This document shows, piece after piece, positions 17,204 to 26,197 of a DNA stretch of 32,000 nucleotides. The notes under the pieces were generated by a model. It saw only the letters and a list, made by a program, of their open reading frames with translations, ran no database searches and was not told the DNA's origin. The DNA lies in assembly GCF_029338255.1 (NCBI RefSeq), contig NZ_CP119787.1, forward strand, positions 2,587,631 to 2,619,630, in the 5' to 3' direction. Source of the DNA: Haloarcula halobia. Its GTDB lineage: Archaea; Halobacteriota; Halobacteria; Halobacteriales; Haloarculaceae. The position numbers and the translations under genes were made by a program. Numbering within the stretch: the first letter of the stretch is position 1; each line of letters opens with the position of its first letter.

Positions 17204-18451
17204 ATGGTTTCGTTTGATATTGTTGCAGAGGCGGGCGAGGCAAGACGTGGACAGCTCCGAATAAATGACCGGACTTTAGAGACTCCTCACCTATTCCCCG
17301 TCATCAACTTCTACGGCGGTGGTAATGAGGGTGCTCTGTTCGGTGGCGGCGTTCACCGCACGGTCAAGGAATTCCTAACTCACGATAACGAAATCACTGG
17401 TGGTGAAGACTATAGTGACCTTTTCCGCGGTGTGATGACGTCGATCTCCTCGCTGGCCGACTATGGCATTCGAGAGAAGAAACTGGACTGGTATCTCGGC
17501 AATGAAATCCGCGAGTGGGATTGTTTCAGCGACTATAATGGGATGATCTTCGCAGACTCCGGCGGCTACAAAATCCTGAAGCAGGGCGGTCTAGAAGGTC
17601 AGGACTTTGAGAAGGACATCGACCAGGATAAGGCGCTAGATATACAGCTGGCTCTTGGACCAGACATCGTGGTCAATCTGGACCACCCGATCCATCCGGA
17701 TGACGAGTTCGAGGAGCGGATCGAAAAGATGGAGCAGACAGCTGCCAACGCTGCTCGGTTCGCAGAGCGTCGTGACGAGGTTGACGGGGCCTGCTACCTC
17801 ACGGTGCATGGCTATTATGAAGCGATGCTCGAACGATCCTTCGACCTCATCGAGGACGAACTCTCAGAACCAATCCCCGAAGCGTTCGATGGGATTGCGT
17901 TGGGTAGCCTCGTCCCGCGAAAAGACAACGTCGAGATTCTCGTCGAAGCAGTATCTGATTGTAAACGGGAGATGCAACAGCGAGGTTACGAAGACCTCCC
18001 TCTACACGTATTAGGAATCTCGGGGAACGCAATGCCGCTACTCGTTGCTGTCGGGGCCGATACCTTCGATTCTGCCTCCTACCTACACCAAGCGATCAAC
18101 GGGAAGTATTGCGTCAACCTGTTCGAGACTGTTCCGATTGATGAAGCTAACTTCGACTCCTGTGAATGCCGCGTCTGTAACGACGACTTCCACCGAGCAC
18201 GTATGCGGAACGAGATGGAGGACCTGTATCAGAAGGATATCCTCGGCTCGGTGGCAGCGCATAATCTCGCGGTTCAGCAACGGGAGCTTCGCAAGTTTCG
18301 CCAATTGATCGCTGAGGGAGACAAAGAACGGGTTGCTGAGTATTTGGAGGAGGCAGTGAAGGATCAGAAAGGCTTCCGGAAGTTCGCCTACCAGCTAATT
18401 AACGAACGAATTAACCCATACTTCGAGGAAATAGACACAACCTATGCATAA
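17204..18451 (+). CDS. Second TGT-family paralog (DpdA-like candidate DNA transglycosylase)
   Basis: Contains LETPHLFPVINFYGG, FADSGGYKIL, LHVLGISGNAMPLLVAVGADTFDSASY and the Zn motif CECRVC. It is a single TGT domain of about 415 aa with no PUA or C-terminal extension. I choose ATG 17204, 5 nt after the upstream stop; the track starts at GTG 17168. Confidence 0.75.
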   Translation: MVSFDIVAEAGEARRGQLRINDRTLETPHLFPVINFYGGGNEGALFGGGVHRTVKEFLTHDNEITGGEDYSDLFRGVMTSISSLADYGIREKKLDWYLGNEIREWDCFSDYNGMIFADSGGYKILKQGGLEGQDFEKDIDQDKALDIQLALGPDIVVNLDHPIHPDDEFEERIEKMEQTAANAARFAERRDEVDGACYLTVHGYYEAMLERSFDLIEDELSEPIPEAFDGIALGSLVPRKDNVEILVEAVSDCKREMQQRGYEDLPLHVLGISGNAMPLLVAVGADTFDSASYLHQAINGKYCVNLFETVPIDEANFDSCECRVCNDDFHRARMRNEMEDLYQKDILGSVAAHNLAVQQRELRKFRQLIAEGDKERVAEYLEEAVKDQKGFRKFAYQLINERINPYFEEIDTTYA

Positions 18452-19979
18452 GACACCACAAGTCAACGAGGTCAACGAGTTCATCGAGATAGCTAGCGAC
18501 TTTGAAGATCCGTTAGAGGTCATTAGGGAAGCTCTGTCAAATTCCTACGATGCGAACGCAACGCAGGTCGACATCAATATTGAACAAGATGACGAGGGGC
18601 GGAACACCTTGGTCATCAAGGACAACGGCCACGGGATGGACGAAGATGACCTCTCGTCGTTCTTCGACCTCGGGAACTCGAACAAAAATGACGCTATCGG
18701 GTACAAAGGCCACGGCACCAAGATCTACTACAAGAGCGATAAGGTCCGTGTCGAGACCGTCAAGGACGGGACGCGGATCGAATCGGTGATGAACCAGCCG
18801 TGGGCGAAGCTGAACAACCGCGAACTCCCCACGTACTCCATCGACACGACAGACGTCGACGAGCCATCACGTACCCGGATCGAGGTACACGGTTTCCGTG
18901 CTGGCCAGGGGTTCGACCCAAAACAGCTCACCTACAACAAGATTGAGCATTATATCAAGTGGAAAACGATCGGCGGGTCGACGGCGTGGTACTTCAACGA
19001 CGACTTCCACGAGATGGAGATCAAAGTTGAGCTTTCACCCTCGATTGACGACACGCAGGATCCGATAGAGACCGATAACCGGTTGAAATTCCCGGCTGAA
19101 AACCTGGATCCGGACGGTGAGTTCGTGGCTGAAGAGATGTGTAAGCACTACCCACCACAGGAACTGACCGTCACGCTCGATGACAGCCGTGAATTGACGG
19201 TTGAGGTCGTCGGGATGGTCGGTGGTAAGGAAGCTCGGAACAAGCTGCCGACCTATGGGAAGCATTCCGCCCAATTCGGTATCTGGCTGGCGAAGGATCA
19301 CATCAAGGTCGAACGGTACAACGATGCTATCGGTGCGGACAACGAGTTCTTCCACTTCTTCTTCATCGCTAACTGCCAGGGTCTCGAACTCTCCGCGAAT
19401 CGAGAAAAGATCCGGAACAAATCCGGCGATGTCTACCAGGCCATCACGGACGAACTCGACCGGTTTATGACCAAAGTATGCCAAGATTCCTGGTACCAGA
19501 ACTATATCGAACGCCGCAAGCTGGAGGACAAGAAACGCAGCATCCAATCGCAGGAAAGTACGCTCGAAGAACGTCTCCAGCGGACCAGGGATGAAGGTGG
19601 ACTCTCACCATCAAATCCTGCGGAGGTCATTGCCGCCCTGGAACGATACAGTGCAAATGGAGCGCCGGAGACCGTCCGGATCGCAGACTTCCAAATGGAT
19701 GATGAAGTGAACGCGATCCTTGAGACCGACAACGGTTTCGAGAACGCTGCCCTCCACGTCAAGCTGAGTGATTTCTTCGAGGAAGAAGCTGCACTGTCAC
19801 ACATCGACCGGCTCATCTGCTGGAAACTCGGTGACTTAGATGCACTCACAAAGATTGAACGCTCCTCATACCTCGGAGAACCTATCCGGTTCGACTTCCA
19901 GAGCAGGGAGGTCCATTACGGCGGGGACACGAAGCGGACGATCCCAATCTTGGAGTTAGCCGATAGCGTCTCTTCGTAG
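18444..19979 (+). CDS. GHKL (Bergerat-fold, HATPase_c/MORC-Hsp90-like) ATPase
   Basis: Has the N-box IREALSNSYDANA, the G1 box VIKDNGHGMDEDDL and the G2 box IGYKGHGTKIYY in the first 100 aa. Its start overlaps the stop of the upstream TGT gene by 8 nt (ATGCATAA). Confidence 0.75.
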   Translation: MHKTPQVNEVNEFIEIASDFEDPLEVIREALSNSYDANATQVDINIEQDDEGRNTLVIKDNGHGMDEDDLSSFFDLGNSNKNDAIGYKGHGTKIYYKSDKVRVETVKDGTRIESVMNQPWAKLNNRELPTYSIDTTDVDEPSRTRIEVHGFRAGQGFDPKQLTYNKIEHYIKWKTIGGSTAWYFNDDFHEMEIKVELSPSIDDTQDPIETDNRLKFPAENLDPDGEFVAEEMCKHYPPQELTVTLDDSRELTVEVVGMVGGKEARNKLPTYGKHSAQFGIWLAKDHIKVERYNDAIGADNEFFHFFFIANCQGLELSANREKIRNKSGDVYQAITDELDRFMTKVCQDSWYQNYIERRKLEDKKRSIQSQESTLEERLQRTRDEGGLSPSNPAEVIAALERYSANGAPETVRIADFQMDDEVNAILETDNGFENAALHVKLSDFFEEEAALSHIDRLICWKLGDLDALTKIERSSYLGEPIRFDFQSREVHYGGDTKRTIPILELADSVSS

Positions 19980-19987
19980 ATCCTTGG

Positions 19988-21220
19988 TTAGAGGAACTCC
20001 TCAAGTTTGGCGCTGTCGCCAGCATGCCAGCTTCTTCGGGGCCGGATCTTCACAGGGACCATTTCCTCGCTGCTGTCGTTCATGACGTATGCGTAGCCGG
20101 GGTCTTTCGGGATGTTCTCCATATAGTGGCCAAGGGCATTCGTGTCGTGCAGTTCAGACACTTTGTCGCCAACCGCATCGGAGTCCTGTCCGGCTGTCAG
20201 CCGATGGATCACGACCGTGTCACACTGCGATAGAATCCTGCTGTCTAATGCGCCCGGCTGCTGGGTTGCCATGACGACTGAAAGACCTGGCCGCCGTCCC
20301 TGCCGAACCCACTCTACAAGCGGCTCTGTACTTGGGACAGTCTGACCCGATGGTGCGAACAGGTGTGCCTCATCGAGGAACAGCCAGACAAGGGGGAAAT
20401 CAATCTCTGAGTCGGCACCTCGAATCCGGGCAACTTCCTCACGGCTGCGCTCGAAGCTCCGCTCATTATATGCTTTCCGAGCAAGGATCCCAGTCAACAG
20501 AGTCCGCAGGTTCCACGGTAATGCACCCGCGCCACTCAGATCGAGGACAACGAATTCGCCTCCTTTCACGATCTCGTCGATAGTGTTACCCGTGGAACTG
20601 AAGACACCCCACGAATCAGCCTTCTCCAACCGTCGGAGCAGAGCCTCCTTGATGTTGGCACTCTCCTCAGACCGTTCGACGCGTTCGATAACGTCGTGAA
20701 GGCCGTAGTACTGCCCGAATTCCTCTTCGACTTCCTCAATAACTTGAGCTAATAATCCGGCCTGCGCTTGCGTCTCATCGATATCCAGCACATAGAACCA
20801 GTCGTCCAAGGTGAGTTCCGAGGGGTAGAGCTCGAACCCCTCGTGGAAATACTCACTCACATCCTCGTAGCGTTCCTCCAGTCCCGCTGGATAATACACG
20901 GTGATAGGGTACTCTTCAGGCGTCAAATCCCAGTCGCTCAACGCATCCTTGGACTGAGTCTCAACCTGCAAACTCCAATAGATCCCCATCGCATCGACCA
21001 CTAGACCCGACAGGTTGTCCTGCACCATCCTTGGCAGCGACATCAATTCCTCCATGAATACCCCGAGTGTGTGGGACTTGCCGGAGCCCCGCTTCCCACA
21101 CACGGTTACCATATGCGGGTTATTCAGGTCAATATGGACATCCTCCCGCAACTCGCCTTGAGATGAGAACTTCCGGCCGATGTATCCGGCCAGTTGCTCG
21201 TTATCGCCACCGATGATCAT
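19988..21220 (-). CDS. HerA/FtsK-like (DUF87-type) P-loop ATPase
   Basis: Has Walker A HMVTVCGKRGSGKSHTLG, Walker B VWLFLDEAHLFAP, and RQGRRPGLSVVMATQQPGALDSRILSQCDTVVIHRL, typical of HerA/VirB4-like ATPases. Its start overlaps the upstream stop (ATGA at 21217..21220). Confidence 0.75.
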   Translation of the reverse strand: MIIGGDNEQLAGYIGRKFSSQGELREDVHIDLNNPHMVTVCGKRGSGKSHTLGVFMEELMSLPRMVQDNLSGLVVDAMGIYWSLQVETQSKDALSDWDLTPEEYPITVYYPAGLEERYEDVSEYFHEGFELYPSELTLDDWFYVLDIDETQAQAGLLAQVIEEVEEEFGQYYGLHDVIERVERSEESANIKEALLRRLEKADSWGVFSSTGNTIDEIVKGGEFVVLDLSGAGALPWNLRTLLTGILARKAYNERSFERSREEVARIRGADSEIDFPLVWLFLDEAHLFAPSGQTVPSTEPLVEWVRQGRRPGLSVVMATQQPGALDSRILSQCDTVVIHRLTAGQDSDAVGDKVSELHDTNALGHYMENIPKDPGYAYVMNDSSEEMVPVKIRPRRSWHAGDSAKLEEFL

Positions 21221-24200
21221 TCTTCTTCACCTAGTTCACTTCGGACGCGTTGCTTAATTAGGGTTCGACGAAGGGACTGGATATCATCGTCCTCCCCGTT
21301 CAGGGCGTTAATGACCTGTTCAAAGTCCGAATCCGACAGCGCCATCAAGGAATCGTCAACATCCACTTCCTCCGTCTCAAGGATCGTATCGGGTGATTCT
21401 GATGCCCCATACCTGTCGAGCACCTCCGAGATCTCGTCCTCGTCGTAAGCCTCCTCTTCGATATGCTGCTTGATCTGGTTCCTCCACCTGTCCCACGGAT
21501 TCTTAAACTGGTCGTAGTCGAAGTCAGTAGCTGATTCGTCGAGGGCGTCCTCGCAGCTATCTAGCACCCGGTCACCTTGCCCAGACCACGAACTCCCCTC
21601 AGGAAGCCGGTCCTCCTGATTCTCCAAGTACTCGCGTTCCTCCTCTACCTGTTCCTCAAGCTCTTCGATTTCGTCCCCGATCTCCCCAATGAGGAACTCC
21701 TTATCAGACTCCAGATCCGCAACGTCATCGTCCGCCTCATAGTCTTCAACGTCAGGTATGATCTGTCGTCGATGCCGTTCGAGTTCAGATACAGTCGGGT
21801 CCAGATCCCGCCCATCATCACTGAATTCGGACAGCACGTCGCCAATTGACAGATCTTCGATTAAGTCTTCGACAGTGGTTCGGTCATAGTGGTCGTTGAC
21901 CGTCGAGACAACAGAGACATCGATATCATCGAGGTTCAGATCAGGATCGGTGCCCTTCAGTGAGGTGTAAGTCGATTCTAATTCCTCGACATCGTTCATC
22001 AACTCGTATACATCCTCAGCCGCTTCCAACTGCTCGACCAACTGCTCGACAGCCGGTGTAATCAGGAACAATACCTCGGTTTCCAGTTGTCCAAGGGGAC
22101 GCAACTCCGCGATATAGTTGGGAACTTTGGTGCCGCTGAAAGCAGGACTGCTTCCCAGAGTCCTGAGCCGCTGGTCGAGATTGCCATGTTCTACGGAGAG
22201 GTCCGTATCGCAGCGTTCTTCTAAGTCATCAAGCCGGCCAGCTGCTGGGATATCATCGACGTCTGTGTAGGCCTCGCGGAGTGATGCAAGCTCGTCAGTA
22301 TCAATGTCCTCTCCGCGGGCGCTCTTCAGCACCTGCTTCTCAACCGTTTTGCGGAGATTATCCTGGATCGTTTCCCATCTTGCTTCTTGATCGCTTTCAA
22401 CGCCGATGATCGTCTCGGTATCGTCGAGAATCCACTCCTCGGTGTAGTCCCCAATGACGAACAGGAGGAATATGAGTGCCCGAGTAACGCTGTCGATCTC
22501 CGTCGTCCCGAAAATGAGGTCATACACCTCGTCTTCGGTGACCTCATCATCCTCCAGCATTTCTTTCAAGTCGTCTATATTACTCTGGAAGTTGGCTGTA
22601 TAGTTATCAGTGATATCGCCATCATTCACGAAGGACTCGTTCTCCTCAAAGTCCTCAAGAGTATCACGGAGGTCATCACCAAACATCGGATCAAAGCTCA
22701 AATACGGATAATTAGGCATTATGGCCTCAGGGATGTCTGGGTCAGTGAATTCGAGCGAGTCCTCGTACTTCAGATGCTGCACAGCATAGGCGAGATTCAT
22801 TGCTTCCTTCCCGTTGTAGGTGCCGTCGTACCCCAACCGGTTGAGAACATAATCAGATCTGTATATCCCGGATAGACCGTCATTCAGGTTTACCGGCGAG
22901 AAGAGGTAGTTGGTTTGGGTAAGCATCCGGAGCTGGCCGTCAGGGAGCCGTTCCTCGCCTGGATTTTCTTCCTCAAGACCTCGGATCAGACAGAGTTTCG
23001 TCCAGAGCAGGTACCGGTCGAATTCAGACGAACTGGGGTACTCCGAACGAAGCGTTGAGAGTACCTCTTCGGTTTGATCCCGTTCCGTCTGATCATGCCG
23101 AATATCCGGGTTCAGGTCATTTTCTAGGTCCTCAGCAAGGTCTTCAGCTCGTTCATAGCGTTCAGATACCTCATACAGTGCAGCGACATCGTCGTCCTCG
23201 TCGGCCTCTGTGAGGCAGACGATGAACTCAAGGGCAGTTGGCGGGTCATCCGATGAATCGATCTGCAGTTCCTCCGGTGTCTCCTTGAAGCACAAATAGA
23301 CCTTGTCCGTGTAGCTCAGCTGGCCATCGACATCGAATTCGATGTAGCTTGAGCTATCCGCATCAAACGGGATGTCGAAGACTGTTCGGGCGTCATACCA
23401 TTCCCGATAGAGCTGAATCGGGCTGGTACTTCGCAAATCTTCATCAGTGATGACGTCGTTGATTTCTTCGGAGAGATTGACCTCGGAGTCTGGAGCAGCT
23501 TCTGCCGTTAGTTCACCTGAGTCAAATATCAGGCTACCGTCATCATCAATATCGAAGTAATCGGTTCTCGTGCTTGCGGTGTCGATCAGGTGAGTTAATT
23601 CCTCGTCACTGATGTCTATCGTATACTGGTCTGCGAGGTTTCCCAGCTGTTCGGAACTGTAGAGAGCGGGATTTTGACTCCGGTACAGAATTCCGTCTTC
23701 AGCTACCGCAAAAAGTAGCCGTTGTTGCGTGTATGTACAGTCATCAAAGTCTCCCTCAATACGCTCCTCAATGCTATCTCGTCCCGGGAGGTCATCGAGG
23801 TTCCCGCGATCCAACTCTCCCAGTTCATCACGCACCTCGTCGCCATACCGATACAGCATGTCGAGGTCGATAATACCGTCCTGATCCCATCGCTTGAAAT
23901 ACTCGTTCGCAATCAGTTTGAAGTCCCGGAATCCCCGAACAACGCGGTCTCCGCCTTCCTCCCTGTACCCCTCTGTGATCGATAAAGCGAAATTCAGGAA
24001 ATCCTCAGTGAAGGGATACACATAGGTCTCGTCATCGTCTGCATTCAGACGGGTTTCCCAGTCGTCCTTATCATAGTCTTGGAGCAGTGGAAGGGCGTAG
24101 CGGCGATATAGGTCGGCAAAGAGTTCCTTGCTCTCCTCCCGAGACAGGTCAATATTATACGCAATACTCTCTCTAACTCGATCGGTCAGGTCACTTCTTG

Positions 24201-25059
24201 CGTTCAGGATTTCCGGCCAGTCTTGGAGTGGGAGCGTATTTGCAATGAGAAGATATGGTGGATCCTCAACGTCTTCGAACCCCACCACGGACTTCCGAAT
24301 CATTTTGCGCACAATCGCCCGGAGTTTCAGTTCTTCATCAGTCACCGGCCCGATATCGAATGCCTGCTCAAACTCATCCAGGCAGATAACCGGATATCGG
24401 CCTGTCTCCTCTTTATAAAGCCGAGTGAACCACGTAAGTGTCTCGTGGATATCTCCTGTAGTCAGCTCCTTCACAATCATTGCGACATCAGCAACCGTTG
24501 AAGGATCGTCAAACACCTCCTCCAGGCGATCCTGCTGTGAGGACGGCAACGCCTGAAGATCGCTCACCGTGAGATTCGCCTTCTTCTGTTGGAACTCATC
24601 AACTAGGTCACCTTCGGACAGCCCATCAGCAGGGGACACCAGTCCCTCAAAAACCCGTCCGAGCATCCGATTCGGGCTGTCACAGTCCTCAAGGCTAACC
24701 TCAACTGGATCAATAGGAGTCTCTCCATAGGTGAATTGATCATATTCCACCTGTTCACCATCCTTCGTAAATTCCTTCGATTGGCTGCACAGGTCAACCA
24801 GATTGTTCATCAGCACCGTCTTGCCGGAACCGTATGCTCCGTGCAGGACAACCCCCGGACTCTGTTTATCGGAAAGGCCAGAGTGGATCCCCCGGATGAT
24901 AGCATCCCGCTTGTCGGTGAGGATAAAACCAGAGTCTGACTCGATAAAGTCCCGGAAATTAGGATGTTCGTCCGTAGCAAGGGTTTCGCAATCTCGCTCG
25001 AATCCCTTGATGGTCTGTGCCTCAAGGAGCGTGACGATGTGCGTTTGTGCTTGATCCAT
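21217..25059 (-). CDS. Large P-loop NTPase, BrxC/PglY-like (DUF499-like) candidate
   Basis: A 1280-aa ORF with an N-terminal Walker A VVLHGAYGSGKTVLMNNL (about nt 24818..24846) and Walker B PVICLDEFEQ. A very long acidic C-terminal region has no other motifs. The size, N-terminal P-loop and linkage to a PglZ gene resemble BrxC/PglY. This is not verified by a profile search. Confidence 0.5.
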   Translation of the reverse strand: MDQAQTHIVTLLEAQTIKGFERDCETLATDEHPNFRDFIESDSGFILTDKRDAIIRGIHSGLSDKQSPGVVLHGAYGSGKTVLMNNLVDLCSQSKEFTKDGEQVEYDQFTYGETPIDPVEVSLEDCDSPNRMLGRVFEGLVSPADGLSEGDLVDEFQQKKANLTVSDLQALPSSQQDRLEEVFDDPSTVADVAMIVKELTTGDIHETLTWFTRLYKEETGRYPVICLDEFEQAFDIGPVTDEELKLRAIVRKMIRKSVVGFEDVEDPPYLLIANTLPLQDWPEILNARSDLTDRVRESIAYNIDLSREESKELFADLYRRYALPLLQDYDKDDWETRLNADDDETYVYPFTEDFLNFALSITEGYREEGGDRVVRGFRDFKLIANEYFKRWDQDGIIDLDMLYRYGDEVRDELGELDRGNLDDLPGRDSIEERIEGDFDDCTYTQQRLLFAVAEDGILYRSQNPALYSSEQLGNLADQYTIDISDEELTHLIDTASTRTDYFDIDDDGSLIFDSGELTAEAAPDSEVNLSEEINDVITDEDLRSTSPIQLYREWYDARTVFDIPFDADSSSYIEFDVDGQLSYTDKVYLCFKETPEELQIDSSDDPPTALEFIVCLTEADEDDDVAALYEVSERYERAEDLAEDLENDLNPDIRHDQTERDQTEEVLSTLRSEYPSSSEFDRYLLWTKLCLIRGLEEENPGEERLPDGQLRMLTQTNYLFSPVNLNDGLSGIYRSDYVLNRLGYDGTYNGKEAMNLAYAVQHLKYEDSLEFTDPDIPEAIMPNYPYLSFDPMFGDDLRDTLEDFEENESFVNDGDITDNYTANFQSNIDDLKEMLEDDEVTEDEVYDLIFGTTEIDSVTRALIFLLFVIGDYTEEWILDDTETIIGVESDQEARWETIQDNLRKTVEKQVLKSARGEDIDTDELASLREAYTDVDDIPAAGRLDDLEERCDTDLSVEHGNLDQRLRTLGSSPAFSGTKVPNYIAELRPLGQLETEVLFLITPAVEQLVEQLEAAEDVYELMNDVEELESTYTSLKGTDPDLNLDDIDVSVVSTVNDHYDRTTVEDLIEDLSIGDVLSEFSDDGRDLDPTVSELERHRRQIIPDVEDYEADDDVADLESDKEFLIGEIGDEIEELEEQVEEEREYLENQEDRLPEGSSWSGQGDRVLDSCEDALDESATDFDYDQFKNPWDRWRNQIKQHIEEEAYDEDEISEVLDRYGASESPDTILETEEVDVDDSLMALSDSDFEQVINALNGEDDDIQSLRRTLIKQRVRSELGEEE

Positions 25060-25066
25060 AGTATCT

Positions 25067-25381
25067 TTATGTAGAAGGGCGGACTCGGAAGCGCATTAGT
25101 CCGGATTTGATGTATGATTCCTCGGGGACAACATAAACACGGCGACCAGCGACGTGCTCTTTAAGTGGACGTGTCATCAGGACGATTTTATCTCCCTCCC
25201 CATCATCTTCATCATCTGGACCGACGAACGCGATATCGAAGTCGCCGGAGAGACGGAACTGGAGCTCGTAGACGAATTCGAATACAGATCCCTGGGCAGC
25301 TTTGGCGTCCCCTGCTGTTACGATAACGAGTCTATTCCAGGGTTTGTTCAACTCGTCCATTACGGGTGCTACAAGCGCCAT
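25067..25381 (-). CDS. Hypothetical small protein (104 aa)
   Basis: The ORF sits 7 nt upstream of the BrxC-like start and 6 nt downstream of the preceding stop. It has acidic composition and no recognisable motif. Confidence 0.5.
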   Translation of the reverse strand: MALVAPVMDELNKPWNRLVIVTAGDAKAAQGSVFEFVYELQFRLSGDFDIAFVGPDDEDDGEGDKIVLMTRPLKEHVAGRRVYVVPEESYIKSGLMRFRVRPST

Positions 25382-25387
25382 GAGAGG

Positions 25388-26197
25388 TCAGTCGACTACC
25401 TCCATAATTTTCCTGCCGTGGTACCTACGGGTTGAAATATGTCCACCGTCCTCTAATTCACCTAACACTTCATCGATGCGTGATGAATCCCAGTCAAAAT
25501 CCATTTTCAGGATATGTTCAAGATCCGAATACGGCATATGGCGGTCATTCTCTTCGAGAATCTGTAACACGATCTCTTCGTCATTCTGTCGGAAGTAGAG
25601 GTACTGCGTGGGGTCGATTTTCCATCGCCGGCCCTCCTTTTTCAGTATTCCCAGGTCATTGAGAATGCCGCCGATCGTCCCTGCGGTGTTCGAATTCCCC
25701 TTTGCATCGAATTTCATCATGTCATTGATCGCATTTCCTCGGTTGGTGCCGAGATCGTAATTCCGCTCTGCAATTCGTTTGTCGACACCTTTGATGGCTC
25801 TCCAGAAATATACGAAGTTGTCCCGGGATTTCTCGACTAGGAGTCGGAAGGCAGCGACATCCTGAGGTGAGGCCTCAACGAGGTCACGCCCTTCCTCGGT
25901 GAGATAGATCCCGTCCTCACGTTGTTCGATGACTTCTACGGAGCCGGCGTATCCGGGCAGCGTGAAGGTGAACCACTCGTCCAGCGGATGACTGAATAGA
26001 TTGTTGTCGCGTTCTTCGTTGATGGTCTCCATCTGTTCACGGAGCTCTTCTTCAGTGATACCGGGATTTCTGGAGACTAAGCGGACAAACCGCTGTAGAC
26101 CTTCGATAACCCGTTGGTTCCCTAACTGGGGGAGAGCGAGATCCAGGTCCTCTTTCTTTGCCGCTGCTCCGACAGCCTCGTCAGTACTGTCACTCAT
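25388..26197 (-). CDS. Hypothetical protein (269 aa), possible winged-helix regions
   Basis: Its start overlaps the PglZ stop (ATGA at 26194..26197). The C-terminal MPYSDLEHILKMDFDWDSSRIDEVLGELEDGGHISTRRYHGRKI looks wHTH-like. There is no family assignment. Confidence 0.5.
   Translation of the reverse strand: MSDSTDEAVGAAAKKEDLDLALPQLGNQRVIEGLQRFVRLVSRNPGITEEELREQMETINEERDNNLFSHPLDEWFTFTLPGYAGSVEVIEQREDGIYLTEEGRDLVEASPQDVAAFRLLVEKSRDNFVYFWRAIKGVDKRIAERNYDLGTNRGNAINDMMKFDAKGNSNTAGTIGGILNDLGILKKEGRRWKIDPTQYLYFRQNDEEIVLQILEENDRHMPYSDLEHILKMDFDWDSSRIDEVLGELEDGGHISTRRYHGRKIMEVVD

Noticed and set aside
12638-18451. The reading that the que genes and TGT/ArcS-like genes are simply the housekeeping tRNA archaeosine pathway.
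   Set aside because: This is not fully excluded, but I disfavour it. There is no PUA domain on either TGT paralog. An extra stand-alone ArcS-type-like domain and a coupled GHKL ATPase are present. The genes sit between nuclease-helicase and PglZ/BrxC-like operons in an IS-bearing region that appears lower in GC. Checking the rest of the genome for canonical tgtA/arcS/queCDE copies is needed.
24253-24264. A DPPY tetrapeptide (VEDPPYLL) in the BrxC-like protein. It matches motif IV of N6-adenine/N4-cytosine DNA methyltransferases and could have supplied the missing methyltransferase.
   Set aside because: No SAM-binding motif I (F-x-G-x-G type) or other methyltransferase motifs lie nearby. The peptide sits just after the P-loop NTPase core, so a 4-aa match is most likely coincidental. 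Only a profile search could overturn this.
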